From Macrostomum hystrix (lineage: Eukaryota; Animalia; Platyhelminthes): a stretch of DNA of 64,000 bases. Positions 1-12,784 of this stretch are shown in pieces. Position numbers and translations under genes: made by a program. Position 1 is the stretch's first letter; every line of letters begins with the position of its first letter. The stretch spans positions 2,232,001 through 2,296,000 of the forward strand of contig CATNEN010000033.1 in the NCBI GenBank assembly GCA_950097015.1, read 5' to 3'. The notes under the pieces were generated by a model. It was not told the origin of the DNA, did not search any database, and saw only the letters and a program-made list of their open reading frames with translations.

Positions 1-879
1 TCTGTCGCAACACCGCCTCGACGCTCCATTCCTTCAGCTGGCAAGCTGTCCGCCGCCCAGGCGACAGTTTCGACGACTGCGGTTTCAAACCCAAGCGCCG
101 GTTAGTGATAAGCCAGTTAATTCCACAGCGTCAGATCCTTTCACTTCCAATCATTCCTAATTGATTATTTGAGTTTCAGTTTGTGAACTATGCCTTTTCA
201 CACAGCCGATCTGTTCTAGGCGAATAAATGCGAGTGCAATTCTGATTCTTGCTTGACTTGCACACTTGCTAACTCGCATGAGTTCGGATTGCCAGAGCTT
301 GAGTTCTCTGTCAGTGCTGCGCCCTTACTCTTAGCCTAGCAAGGCCACTAAATCGATCGCTGCTCCCTTGCATTCAGGCTGGGCTCTCCTTTTGTCAAAC
401 TTCGTCTTACCCATACGGCACAGACTGCTGAGCAATTCAGGAATGTTGAGTCAGTGTCTGAGAGTCAACGTTTCACCCGCTGTAACCCTAGCATTGTGTG
501 CCCAGTTCGGTGAACCCAGCAATGTTCACAGGGCTAGTACCATTTTTTTGTAGAATAATTAGTAGCTAGCAATCGTGGTTTCATTCGTAAGTACATGTGG
601 GTGCCGCCCCACCGAAGAGCACGCTATTCATCACACGGGCCACCTCACTGGTCACACAGCGCCTCAATGGGCACTGTCTATGGGCGAGCATCACGACCGG
701 CGCCACGCTGAAACCAAAGTAATAATGGCCGTGGCAGTAATAATGACATTACAGATTCTTATAGCAGCCGTGGTATTTGTATTGTCACAGTGGTAAAACT
801 CATGCTGTCACCGTTGCTCACTGCCCATATCGCTACACACATTTTGGTCTCTAAATCTCAAATTCCCCATTGTCGGCAG

Positions 880-1008
880 CGGCCCCGGCTTTCAGGCTCG
901 CCACGGTGCGGCCAGTGGGCCAGTCGGGTCGCCTGGTCTCCAAGGCTGTGGAATCGTTGACCACGGCCTCTTCCACATCGTCTGTGTCCTCGGCACGAAG
1001 CGGAGCCG

Positions 1009-1042
<34 letters not shown>

Positions 1043-4000
1043 TGCAGTAGCCAATTCTGGGGTTGCCAGGAAGTCGGCCAAGGTAAATATAGAAAAGAAA
1101 TTTTGTTGTCCTTGGTTTCGCCAAGCTGAGTTTCGCTTACCTGGCCGCCTTGCTCGCCTCTCGCGTATGAAATTTCAGGCCATCATCGGCAACTATCCGC
1201 AGGTCAAGGTACTCAAATGAAATTTGAGTGCTTTGTATATACTACTCGTTTTTCAATGAGTAGTATGCATTGTGTGATATGAAAAAACAAAAGAATTGTT
1301 TAAAAAACTAGATTCTTGTGCGGTAGCAGATTTCAACACCCACGCACAATGGTTGTTGCTGATTTTCAATCCCCAAATCCCCAACACAAACACCTGAAAT
1401 CCTAAACACAAACACCTGAAATCCCCAAAACAAACAATTAAAATCCCGAACACAAACATCTGGAATTCCCAACACACGCAGGCCGGTCTGCTCGCGGCCG
1501 GCAAGTCGCGGCCTCCTCAGCCAGCCGCCGGCGGTCGTCGTAGATCCGTGGCGAGCAGCTCGAAGGCTTCGTCCGGCTGCAGCTCCCCGGCAGGTGGCTC
1601 CCAGCATCACTTGGCTCAGCAGCTTCATCACCAGTCCGGCCTGCAGCACAGGCGGCCGACCATTGTTGAGCTCGCGTCGGCCAGGGCGCAGCTGGACTCG
1701 GTGCAGCAGACCGCATGCGACCTGCAGGTTAGGCTGGGATCTGGGAGATGAGATTTCACTGAGGCTGGTGTCGGATCTGGGAGATGAGATTTCACTGAGG
1801 CTGGTGTCGGATCTGGGGGATGAGATTTCACTGAGGCTGGTGTCGGATCTGGGGGATGAGATTTCACTGAGGCTGGTGTCGGATCTGGGGGATGAGATTT
1901 CACTGAGGCTGGTTTCGGATCTGGGGGATGAGATTTCACTGAGGCTGGTGTCGGATCTGGGGGATGAGATTTCACTGAGGCTGGTGTCGGATCTGGGGGA
2001 TGAGATTTCACTGAGGCTGGTGTCGGATCTGGGAGATGAGATTTCACTGAGGCTGGTGTCGGATCTGGGGGATGAGATTTCACTGATGCTGGTGTCGGAT
2101 CTGGGGGATATGATTTCAGAAAATATCTTATGAACCCTCGCCTGCCTTCAGGTCCTTCTTGCAGACAAGGAGTTGAGCCTGGACGCCGCCCTCTCAGAGC
2201 AGCGCCACCTCCTGCTTGCCTTCGATGCCTTGGCGGTGGTCTGCGCCAGAGCCGCAGAGCTCGACGGGTTCTCAGCTCCGAGCCTGCGTCGCGAAGTTCA
2301 TCGACAACGTCGCCGGGCGGAGACAGCCGAAACAAGCGAGGCCGAAGCCAGAGTCGCCTTCGCCGACAAGCTGGCAGATCGAGAGCGCCGCTATAGGGCT
2401 GAGCTGGCCGCTGCCAGGGAGGCGCAGATCAAGGAGTTGCGCAACACGCGGCAGGCAATCGAAGGGGAGCGTGACGAGGCGCTCAACAGACTGCGCGAAG
2501 AACACCGGCGAGAGTTAGCAGCAGTGGAGAACGCGCATCAGGCTCGGGTTCGTGCTCCTGGGGGTTTCCTAGCAAGGCTTAGTGTACTTTCATCTGTCTC
2601 GCGTATTAATTCTCGTATCGTGCACCAGAGGTGGGGTGAGGTGTCATTTCAGTTGGAAGGCGCTGGCCTGGATGGGTAGGCTGAGGTGTCGGTTCAGTTG
2701 AAAAACGGGTGGGGGTGAGGTGTCGGTTCAGTTATAGGATGGTTGGGGGTGAGGTGTCGGTTCAGTTATAGGATGGTTGGGGGTGAGGTGTCGGTTCAGT
2801 TATAGGATGGTTGGGGGTGAGGTGTCGGTTCAGTTATAGGATGGGTGGGGGTGAGGTGTCGGTTCAGTTATAGGATGGGTGGGGGTGAGATGTCGGTTCA
2901 GTTGGAGGATGGGTGGGGGTGAGGTGTCGGTTCAGTTGGAGGATGGGTGGGGGTGATGTGTCGGTTCAGTTATAGGATGGGTGGGGTTGAGGTGTCGGTT
3001 CAGATGGATGATGGGTGGGGGTGAGGTGTCGGTTCAGTTGGAGGATGGGTGGGGGTGATGTGTCGGTTCAGTTGGAGGATGGGTGGCGGTGATGTGTCGG
3101 TTCAGTGGGAGGATGGGTGGGGGTGAGGTGTCGGTTCAGTTGGAGGGTGGGTGGGGGTGAGGTGTCGGTTCAGTGGGAGGATGGGTGGGGGTGATGTGTC
3201 GGTTCAGTTATAGGATGGGTGGGGGTGAGGTGTCGGTTCAGTGGGAGGATGGGTGGGGTGATGTGTCGGTTCAGTTGGAGGATGGGTGGGGGTGAGGTGT
3301 CGGTTCAGTTGGAAGCCGTCCCGGGGCCTTGGCATGCGGCAATCTTTGAAAGAAATTGTCTTTGGAACACGCGCAGCTGAAGGACAGAGCCAGTCTAGAC
3401 GATGCGCACCAGACCGCGTCAGAGAAGGCCATGGAGAAGCGGCTTGAGCGCTGCAAATTGCAGCACCGAATGGCGCTAGAAGGTTGGAGACGAAGGGGCT
3501 GTAGGCGCGTTGCTTAACAAAATTAAACGAAATATTTGCTGTTTTTGTAAAAGTATAACTAACATATTGTGGCTTGTAGTGTCAGTCTTGTTTAACTTTC
3601 TAAATTTCTCGCCAATAACACGCACTCAAAAGCTAGAGCTTTGTTAGAACACGAGTTAGCTAAAACAAAAATATTTGCACTGATTTTGCAGCTGTCCTCA
3701 GATGCAGCCGCGCGAGAAGCCGAGCTGGCGGAGATTCACCAGAAACACTCGACTGAGCTGTCAGCCGCCCAGCTCAAACAGACAGCTCTGGAGCAAGGTG
3801 GCCTGGGCTACGCTGTGTTGCTTTCTTGAATTTTAACCCAAATTAACACAATAATAAATTTAACAGAAAGGGAACTTTCCCAGATATTGAATTTTCTCCA
3901 GATCCCAAGTTCACCTTATCCCATTCATTCATCCCCAGATCTGCAACGTCAGCACGAGGCCAAAGTGCGGGAACTCGGAGTCCGGCACGACGCAATGAAG

Positions 4001-7000
4001 ACGCATCTCACGGTGAGCAATGAAGCGGTAGTTTCATTTTCCTCATCTAAAGCTTCCGTTATTTACTCTCAGCATTTTTGTTGCAGAACAAGCTGCAGGA
4101 CCTGCAGGCGGTCTGCGCTGAGCTGCGAATCCGCAGCGGCATCGGCAGCAGCTCCAACTCCGCGGCTCAGGTCAGCTTCCCAAATTGAAGATGAGGTGGC
4201 CCCTAAATTGAGCCGTTTTCTACCGATTTTTTCGTGCTTGTCCTTAGGCTCTGCACTGACTCAGCAGATTATCTAATCCTCCTCCGCAGACACCGGACAC
4301 TGAGACGCCGCAGTCTCCGCTTCGTCGAACTTCGGCGAGCTCCGGCGAAGCCTGCCCCAGCCCGTCGTCTGCAGTTCGCTACGAAGACCGCGTTGTGTCA
4401 CCGGGCCACCTGCAGCTGCTGCAGGCCCAGTACAACTCACTGCCGGAGGGCGTGGCCACTCAGGTGATCGACCGACTGACTGTTTAACTTCCATCTTTTC
4501 TGACACCTGCTTTTCCCATTCATCTACTCCTATTTTTTCATCCTGTCTAGTGTTTTACTCGTATCTAACTTTTACACAAAATATCCCCCATAGGTATAAG
4601 CCAAATCGTATTTTTCATCACTTTTATCCCATCCCTGTTTTCTTACCACTCTTTCCTTATCGCCCTTATGCCATCACTCTTATCCCATCACTCTTATCCC
4701 ATCACTCTTATCCCATCACCCTTATCCCACCACTCTTTTCCCATCACCCTTATCCCATCACCCTTATCCCATCGCCCTAATCCCATCACTCATATCCCAT
4801 CACCCTTATCCCATCACTCTTATCCCATCACTCTTATCCCATCACTCATATCCCATCACCCTTATCCCATCACTCTTATCCCATCACTCTTATCCCATCA
4901 CTCTTATCCCATCACTCTTATCCCATCACTCTTATCCCATCACTCATATCCCATCACCCTTATCCCATCACTCTTATCCCATCACTCTTATCCCATCACT
5001 CTTATCCCATCACTCTTATCCCATCACTCTTATCCCATCGCCCTAATCCCATCACTCATATCCCATCACCCTTATCCCATCACTCTTATCCCATCACTCT
5101 TATCCCATCACTCTTATCCCATCACCCTAATCCCATCACTCTTATCCCATCACTCTTATCCCATCGCCCTAATCCCATCACTCTTATCCCATCACTCTTT
5201 TCCCATCACCCTTATCCCACAAACACTACCGCCGCTGTTTCCCATTGTGTCAAGGCCAGTTTGCGCCACCTGCCGGACGAGATCAGTTCCCTGAGCTCGG
5301 TGCTGGAGCTGCGCAACGCCGAGATCGCCGAGCTTCGCCGCCGTCTAGCCGAAGCCGAGGAGAGGCTGGAGGCCATGCGGGACACCCGCGAGAGGAATGC
5401 CCAGCTGCAGCGCCGGGTGGAAAATCTGGAGGCCGTCCTGGCACAGAAGACTGAGAATGAGAGGTCTGCGGTTGGTGGGCTGGTGTGTGGGTGGTAAGAC
5501 CGGGTGTGGGGAAGGGCAGGTGGGTGTGTGGGTGGGAAGACCGGGTGTGGGGAAGGGCAGGTGGGTGTGTGGGTGGGAAGACCGGGTGTGGGGAAGGGCA
5601 GGTAGGTGTGTGGGGAATGGCAGGTTGCTGTGTGGGGAAGGGCAGGTGGGTGTGTGGGGAAGGGCAGGTGGGTGTGTGGGGAAGGGCAGGTGGGTGTGTG
5701 GGGAAGGGCAGGTGGGTGTGTGGGGAAGGGCAGGTGGGTGTGTGGGGAAGGGCAGGTGGTGTGTGGGGAAGGGCAGGTGGGTGTGTGGGGAAGGGCAGGT
5801 GGGTGTGTGGGGAAGGGCAGGTGGGTGTGTGGGGAAGGGCAGGTGGGTGTGTGGGGAAGGGCAGGTGGGTGTGTGGGGAATGGCAGGTGGGTGTGTGCGG
5901 AAGGCTCTCTGCTTTAGCCTCCTTCTTTCCAATGATATTTCATTGGCTTTCATCGCTTCTAGACAGACTTAAAACGCTTGTATAGTTTATTTAAACCCAT
6001 TTGCCGTCTCCGCGATCCCTTAGGAGCCTGCACGAGCGCTACCAGCAGCTGGTGAAGAGGTTGGATCAAGAGAACAAGGCCAAAAGCCGCATCAGCATGA
6101 ACTACGATGAGCTCAAGTTCAAGCTTGAGTCCATTGAGAGAGCTCAGAGCATGGCTGATCTGTGAGTAGAGTTGTAACGCTGATAGATGTACTCTTATAA
6201 ATCATCAGTAAGATAAGATTTGCACCTTTAACTTTCGTTTTTGTTTAAAGGTGATGACTCTAATTGCTGGAGGTAAGCCATGTACCAGACAATTTTTGGT
6301 CAATTTGCTATGCACCTTTGAACTTTATTTGTTATCAAATGTAAAAGAGATATTCACAGTTTCGGCCCGGGTTGCTTTTTAAGTCTGATGTGTAGGTACA
6401 TAAACATGTTATTTGGCTATTTTGGTAACTAGTCATATCCGATGTATTCGTCATTTGTCCCAATAGGACTTCTCTTGTTTGTTATAGAATTTCACCTGCA
6501 TGGCCCTACAATTTGTGCAACATCTATTTATGCTTATTTTAAGCAGGAGTCAGAAAACTATTTACCTCCGGTCATGCAGACTAGGGAGAGATCAGACAGG
6601 GGAGAGATTAGACTGGGGAGAGATCAGACTTGGGAGAGATTAGACTGGGGAGAGATTAGACTGGGGAGAGATCAGACTGGGGAGAGATTAGACTGGGGAG
6701 AGATTAGACTGGGGAGAGATCAGACTGGGGAGAGATCAGACTGGGGAGAGATTAGACTGGGGAGAGATCAGACTGGGGAGAGATCAGACTGGGGAGAGAT
6801 CAGACAGGGGAGAGATTAGACTGGGGAGAGATCAGACTGGGGAGAGATCAGACAGGGGAGTGATCAGACTGGGGAGAGATCAGACTGGGGAGAGATCAGA
6901 CTTGGGAGAGATTAGACTGGGGAGAGATCAGACTGGGGAGAGATTAGACTGGGGAGAGATTAGACTGGGGAGAGATTAGACTGGGGAGAGATTAGACTGG

Positions 7001-8414
7001 GGAGAGATTAGACTGGGGAGAGATTAGACTGGGGAGAGATTAGACTGGGGAGAGATTAGACTGGGGAGAGATCAGACTGGGAGAGATTAGACTGGGGAGA
7101 GATCAGACTGGGGAGAGATTAGACTGGGGAGAGATTAGACTGGGGAGAGATCAGACTGGGGAGAGATTAGACTGGGGAGAGATCAGACTGGGGAGAGATT
7201 AGACTGGGGAGAGATCAGACTGGGGAGAGATTAGACTGGGGAGAGATTAGACTGGGGAGAGATTAGACTAGGGAGAGATCAGACTAGGGAGAGATCAGAC
7301 TGGGGAGAGATTAGACTGGGGAGAGATCAGACTGGGGAGAGATCAGACTGGGGAGAGATCAGACTGGGGAGAGATCAGACAGGGGAGAGATTAGACTGGG
7401 GAGAGATTAGACTGGGGAGAGATTAGACTGGGGAGAGATTAGACTGGGGAGAGATTAGACTGGGGAGAGATTAGACTGGGGAGAGATTAGACTGGGGAGA
7501 GATCAGACAGGGGAGTGATCAGACTGGGGAGAGATTAGACTGGGGAGAGATCAGACTGGGGAGAGATTAGACTGGGGAGAGATCAGACTGGGGAGAGATC
7601 AGACTGGGGAGAGATCAGACTGGGGAGAGATTAGACTGGGGAGAGATTAGACTGGGGAGAGATCAGACTGGGGAGAGATCAGACAGGGGAGTGATCAGAC
7701 TGGGGAGAGATCAGACTGGGGAGAGATCAGACTTGGGAGAGATTAGACTGGGGAGAGATCAGACTGGGGAGAGATTAGACTGGGGAGAGATTAGACTGGG
7801 GAGAGATTAGACTGGGGAGAGATTAGACTGGGGAGAGATTAGACTGGGGAGAGATTAGACTGGGGAGAGATCAGACTGGGGAGAGATCAGACTGGGGAGA
7901 GATTAGACTGGGGAGAGATTAGACTGGGGAGAGATTAGACTGGGGAGAGATCAGACTTGGGAGAGATTAGACTGGGGAGAGATTAGACTGGGGAGAGATG
8001 AGACTGGGGAGAGATTAGACTGGGGAGAGATTAGACAGCGGAGAGATGAGACAAACTGACCAGTCCGGGTTCTGTGCTGAGCTGCTATGGCAGTGAGCTT
8101 TTACCATGCAAACGGGCCATTCCAGGAGCCTTTCGGTTGCCACGCCGCGCGGCTTCTCCACCCTGGGCGGTCCCATGTCGCTGTCTGAGGCTGCTAGGGG
8201 CGATGGCGAGGGCGAGGCTGCGGAATGCTCCTCGGGCGCAGCGTCGCTGATGTCACGCTCGCTTTACGTGCCCAGCAGCAGCGGCGGCGGCGGCGGTGGT
8301 CAGCATCGCCGAGGCCTGCGGCATGATCGCAGCAAGAGGCGAACAATTTCAACAGTCGATGCCGGCCTGCTTCAAATAGTTGCCACCACAGCAGATGGCG
8401 AGGAGACTGACTAG
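880..8414 (+). CDS. MTUS1/MTUS2/CCDC69-family coiled-coil (microtubule-associated) protein, multi-exon; 5' end not resolved
   Basis: Hand-spliced GT-AG exons: about 880-1082, about 1179-1208, 1482-1727, 2152-about 2550, about 3350-3482, about 3700-3798, about 3940-4013, about 4088-4170, about 4290-4463, 5255-5463, 6024-6161, 8126-8414 (TAG). Motifs LLLAFDALAVVC, EISSLSSVLELRNAEI and RLDQENKAKSRISMNYDELKFKL resemble recalled MTUS1 segments FEALTVVI, EIESLKAVLEIKN and [22 protein letters not shown]. Confidence 0.65.
1365..1478. repeat. Degenerate intronic tandem repeat, about 22-nt unit, about 5 copies
   Basis: Variants of AAATCCCCAACACAAACACCTG ending at the 1481 acceptor. Confidence 0.7.
1738..2110. 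repeat. Intronic minisatellite, 36-nt unit, about 10 copies
   Basis: GGATCTGGGGGATGAGATTTCACTGAGGCTGGTGTC. Confidence 0.97.
2670..3315. repeat. Intronic G-rich minisatellite, 34-nt unit, about 19 copies
   Basis: GGGTGGGGGTGAGGTGTCGGTTCAGTTGGAGGAT. Confidence 0.97.
4660..5218. repeat. Intronic minisatellite, 14-nt unit, about 40 copies
   Basis: TTATCCCATCACTC. Confidence 0.97.
5480..5900. repeat. Intronic G-rich minisatellite, 22-nt unit
   Basis: GGGGAAGGGCAGGTGGGTGTGT. Confidence 0.97.
6580..8050. repeat. Intronic minisatellite, 16-nt unit, about 90 copies
   Basis: GGGGAGAGATYAGACT. Confidence 0.98.
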
Positions 8415-8574
8415 AGCACACACTCGAGCCTTGCTTTGCTTCCTTGTTCAGATCGAAATACTTGCACGGTTTTTTATTGAATATTTCTTTTTGATTTTTG
8501 TTGCCAGTGGTGTCCACTGGGCAGTTTGTGCTTCGTCTACGCATTCAGATTCCTCAAGTGCTTCGGGATTCCCC

Positions 8575-8985
8575 TCTGATACCCTGGAATTATCCTGGGA
8601 TACATCGGATTTCCTTCAGATACCTGTGAATTATCCTAGGATACATGGGATTTACCACAGATACCTTTGAATTATCCTGGGATACATGGGATTTACCACA
8701 GATACCTTTGAATTATCCTAGGATACATGGGATTTACCACAGATACCTTTGAATTATCCTAGGATACATGGGATTTTCTACGGATACCTGTGAATTATCC
8801 TAGGATACATGGGATTTTCTACAGATACCTGTGAATTATGCTAGGATACATGGGATTTCCCACAGATACCTGTGAATTATCCTAGGATACATGGGATTTC
8901 CCTCAGATACCTAGGAATTATCCTAGGATACATGGGATTTCCCTCAGATACCTAGGAATTATCCTAGGATACATGGGATTTCCCT
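8575..8985. repeat. Minisatellite, 41-nt unit, about 10 copies
   Basis: GATACCTGTGAATTATCCTAGGATACATGGGATTTCCCACA variants. Confidence 0.95.
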
Positions 8986-9534
8986 CGGGTTTCCCCGCTG
9001 TCCCTCACCCTACTTGGAATGTAGTTGGTTTCTAATCTCGTTTATCGGAGAATTATCTTAGCCACTTCAGGTTCCATGAGATATGCAGCCATAAAAAATA
9101 GAATTCTTTGGTTTTACATTTCCAAAGAAGAAAGAAATGGTGTGGTTGTTTGAATTGCTATTTTCAAAACTTTTTCAAATTTGAGACACACTCCCGAAGT
9201 AACTTGATGTATTTATGGATATTTGCATCGGTGCCAGCTCAAAGCAGATCTGGTGCTCAATATATTTGCATGCTGCAAAGCGAACACATCATTTGATTAA
9301 TTCAAAGATTTTTCTTGTGCTGTACATGACACTGTGCCCTGATTTCATTCTCGTATTTTGTTTTTTTATTTGGCTTTTGTTTTAAGAATTTAAGTTTTTA
9401 TTGGCTATTAATTTGCCTTTCAAATGTTTCATTCCATGAACTTCCTGCCAATTTTTTATTGGCATTTTTCACTTTCAGCTTGGCTCGAAATTTTTAACTT
9501 TGCGGCCTATTATCAACTTGAGGATCTGGGAATT

Positions 9535-10268
9535 GGGTGTGACAGCTGTCACCCACCCCAGTTTCCCGGTGTGTCAGCTGTCACCCACCCCAGTTTCCCG
9601 GTGTGTCAGCTGTCACCCACCCCAGTTTCCCAGTGTGTCAGCTGTCACCCACCCCAGTTGCCCAGTGTGTCCGCTATCACCCACCCCAGTTGCCCAGTGT
9701 GTCAGCTGTCACCCACCCCAGTTTCCCAGTGTGTCAGCTGTCACCCACCCCAGTTGCCCAGTGTGTCAGCTGTCACCCACCCCAGTTGCCCAGTGTGTCA
9801 GCTGTCACCCACCCCAGTTGCCCAGTGTGTCCGCTATCACCCACCCCAGTTGCCCAGTGTGTCAGCTGTCACCCACCCCAGTTGCCAAGTGTGTCAGCTG
9901 TCACCCACCCCAGTTGCCCAGTGTGTCAGCTGTCACCCACCCCAGTTGCCCAGTGTGTCCGCTATCACCCACCCCAGTTGCCCAGTGTGTCAGCTGTCAC
10001 CCACCCCAGTTGCCAAGTGTGTCAGCTGTCACCCACCCCAGTTGCCCAGTGTGTCAGCTGTCACCCACCCCAGTTGCCCAGTGTGTCAGCTGTCACCCAC
10101 CCCAGTTGCCCAGTGTGTCAGCTGTCACCCACCCCAGTTGCCCAGTGTGTCAGCTGCCACCCACCCAAGTTTCCCGGTGTGTCAGCTGTCACCCACCCAA
10201 GTTTCCCGGTGTGTCAGCTGTCACCCACCCCAGTTGCCCAGTGTGTCAGCTGTCACCCACCCCAGTTG
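9535..10268. repeat. Minisatellite, 32-nt unit, about 23 copies
   Basis: GTGTGTCAGCTGTCACCCACCCCAGTTGCCCA. Confidence 0.97.
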
Positions 10269-10634
10269 CTTTGAATAGCTGGACATAATTTCTTTGATTT
10301 TCCCATTCATTAATTGCACTTTCAAAGTGTTTCTGTTCATGCTATATATTTTTTTGAATTCCCTCAGTGACTGCTGATCCCACCAACAGATTGTGCGAGC
10401 TGCCCTTTTTATGTTTTTTGTTTATTTTTCTTCCAGCTGTGCCTCTGTGAAAGAGCATTATCAGAAATTATGTTAACAACTTTAATGATATGAATGCCTT
10501 GATGTGCATGACTTAATTTAAATATATCATATATTTTGCTCACATCTACGATTTTGCTCATTATACTGCTAGAAATTGGTGCGTAATTTTATACATATAT
10601 TGCATGACATTGTGTGATTGTGAAGGCGATTATG

Positions 10635-11105
10635 TAAATGTGGAGGCCATTGTGTGAATGTGGAGGCCATTGTGTGAATGTGGAGGCCATTGTGTGAATG
10701 TGGAGGCCATTGTGTGAATGTGGAGGCCATTGTGTGAATGTGGAGGCCATTGTGTGAATGTGGAGGTCATTGTGTGAATGTGGAGGTCATTGTGTGAATG
10801 TGGAGGCCATTGTGTGAATGTGGAGGCCATTGTGTGAATGTGGAGGCCATTGTGTGAATGTGGAGGCCATTGTGTGAATGTGGAGGCCATTGTGTGAATG
10901 TGGAGGCCATTGTGTGAATGTGGAGGTCATTGTGTGAATGTGGAGGCCATTGTGTGAATGTGGAGGCCATTGTGTGAATGTGGAGGCCATTGTGTGAATG
11001 TGGAGGCCATTGTGTGAATGTGGAGGCCATTGTGTGAATGTGGAGGCCATTGTGTGAATGTAGAGGCCATTGTGTGAATGTGGAGGTCATTGTGTGAATG
11101 TGGAG
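10635..11105. repeat. Minisatellite, 20-nt unit, about 23 copies
   Basis: TGTGTGAATGTGGAGGCCAT. Confidence 0.97.
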
Positions 11106-11331
11106 GAGGCTATATTGGGGCTAGCTTTGGTTACGGCCTTTTAAATTGCGTCTCTGAAAATTAGCAGTCAGATAATGCGCTGTGCGCCAGTAGCTACTGT
11201 TTTCGGTCGATCAAGCCTGCAGAATGTAGATTAACAGTCATAACCGCAGTAAACTATATATATATATAATATGCGAGTAGATTTATGAAGGCCTGGCTCA
11301 CCCCAAAAGCAATTTTACTATACTGAGCAGC

Positions 11332-12404
11332 ATGAAGCCGGCAGGGCTGCTCAGAGCCATCCTGACCTCGCTAGCGACCGCCAGTCTGGGCTGCGCTGCC
11401 GCCGCCACCGTCTGGCCCAGGTGGGCCCTCCTGACTGTGCAGCTGGAGCGGCCAAGCCCGGCCAGGCCGCTGCTCAGCCTGGCTTTGTTCGCCGACCTCA
11501 TGTCCGTTGGCGCGGACCCGGCCCTGATTGGTCATTAGTTAATTTGTCCTCAACACTACTTACACCTGCCAATGAGTAGTAACTTGGGTACCGAGCTCTA
11601 TAAAAATATAATTTTAACTCAACTATTCTCAAGCGCTGCAGCAGGTGTGCCAGTCGCTGTCAGTTGCAGCCGTGACAGCAGCCGCAATGCTTGCCGCATC
11701 GAGTGTTGGAGTGGCTCTCCGTCAGCGGCCCGCCTGCTCTGGCTGCTTCAATGGGCGCTTCGACAGAGTCCTGTGCGCTTCCGCTGTACTGTCCGGCGCT
11801 GCGGGTGAGACTAAGGGCCAACCAGCTCAGAATCTACGGGGATTTAGGAGCCGGAAGAAATTATAGTAGATACCAGTTGGGAAGAATATAGCAGTTCAAG
11901 ACCACCCGGCCTCAACTCCCGCAGCTGTTTTCGAGCTGAGCCTGTGCATTGTGGTGCTCCATCTGTACTCAGAGTGGGCAAATGCAGTTGCCAAATCAGT
12001 AGAAGGCCTAGCCTCTCAGCTGAGCGGCTGCCTAGATTTTTCAATTCGCTCTGGCTACGGCTTGTGTGATTGGCCAGACGGTTGCCATGGTGATATCTGT
12101 GCTTACGCTTAGGCTCGAGTGTGCTGTAGCCAAGACAATTGCCGTTCAGACGGCTTCTGTTGCATTGGCGTCTGAAAAACTGCGAAGTTGGCCACGACTG
12201 ATTTCAGCCAGGATGAGAGGCTCGTCTGAAGATGTACAGACTACGTCATCCAATCAGAATTCGGCTCATCGTAATGCAGCACAGACGGTAGCCAATCAGG
12301 ATGTGGCTAATCATAATGCAGCACAGACGTCAACCAATCAGAGTTCGAGTGACCTTAAAACAGAAATTACAAGCTTAAGCCTGATATACTGTTACCATTT
12401 CTAG
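11332..12404 (+). CDS. Possible claudin/PMP22-like four-transmembrane protein with an apparent +1 frameshift
   Basis: Four hydrophobic segments: LLRAILTSLATASLGCAAAATVW, SLSVAAVTAAAMLAASSVGVAL (exon 11645-11804, donor GTGAG), AVFELSLCIVVLHLY (from 11925) and FALATACVIGQTVAMVISVLTL. TM3 and TM4 join only if one T is removed from the T5 run at 12037-12041. The exon 1 donor is not resolved. Confidence 0.35.
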
Positions 12405-12784
12405 CGTCACGTGGCTTTTTGCACCGCTTTATTACTTAAAATTACGACCGATTCGAGGAAAAATACTCAGTGCAAGCGGAAAGGTGATGCTTTCTTGCTA
12501 ATAATATCCTCAGAAGCAGCTCGCTGACTGCATAGGAAATGAAAGCAGCGTGGACGTCTGTTCCCTTGCTTGGCTCCAGAAGCCCAGCCACAGTGATTAA
12601 CTTCCCCTCAGGTGTCGGTACAGAAACAAGCCGCATAAATTACTTAAATCGGCTGCCCTCGCGCGTTCGCCAGGTGTTCTATTTTAATAAATCAGAAATG
12701 TCAGTGCACAGCAAAATGAGAAAATCTGAATGAACATTCTTGACGAATGTGCTGATGTGCCGATGCTTGCCGTGTCCTGGAAAT

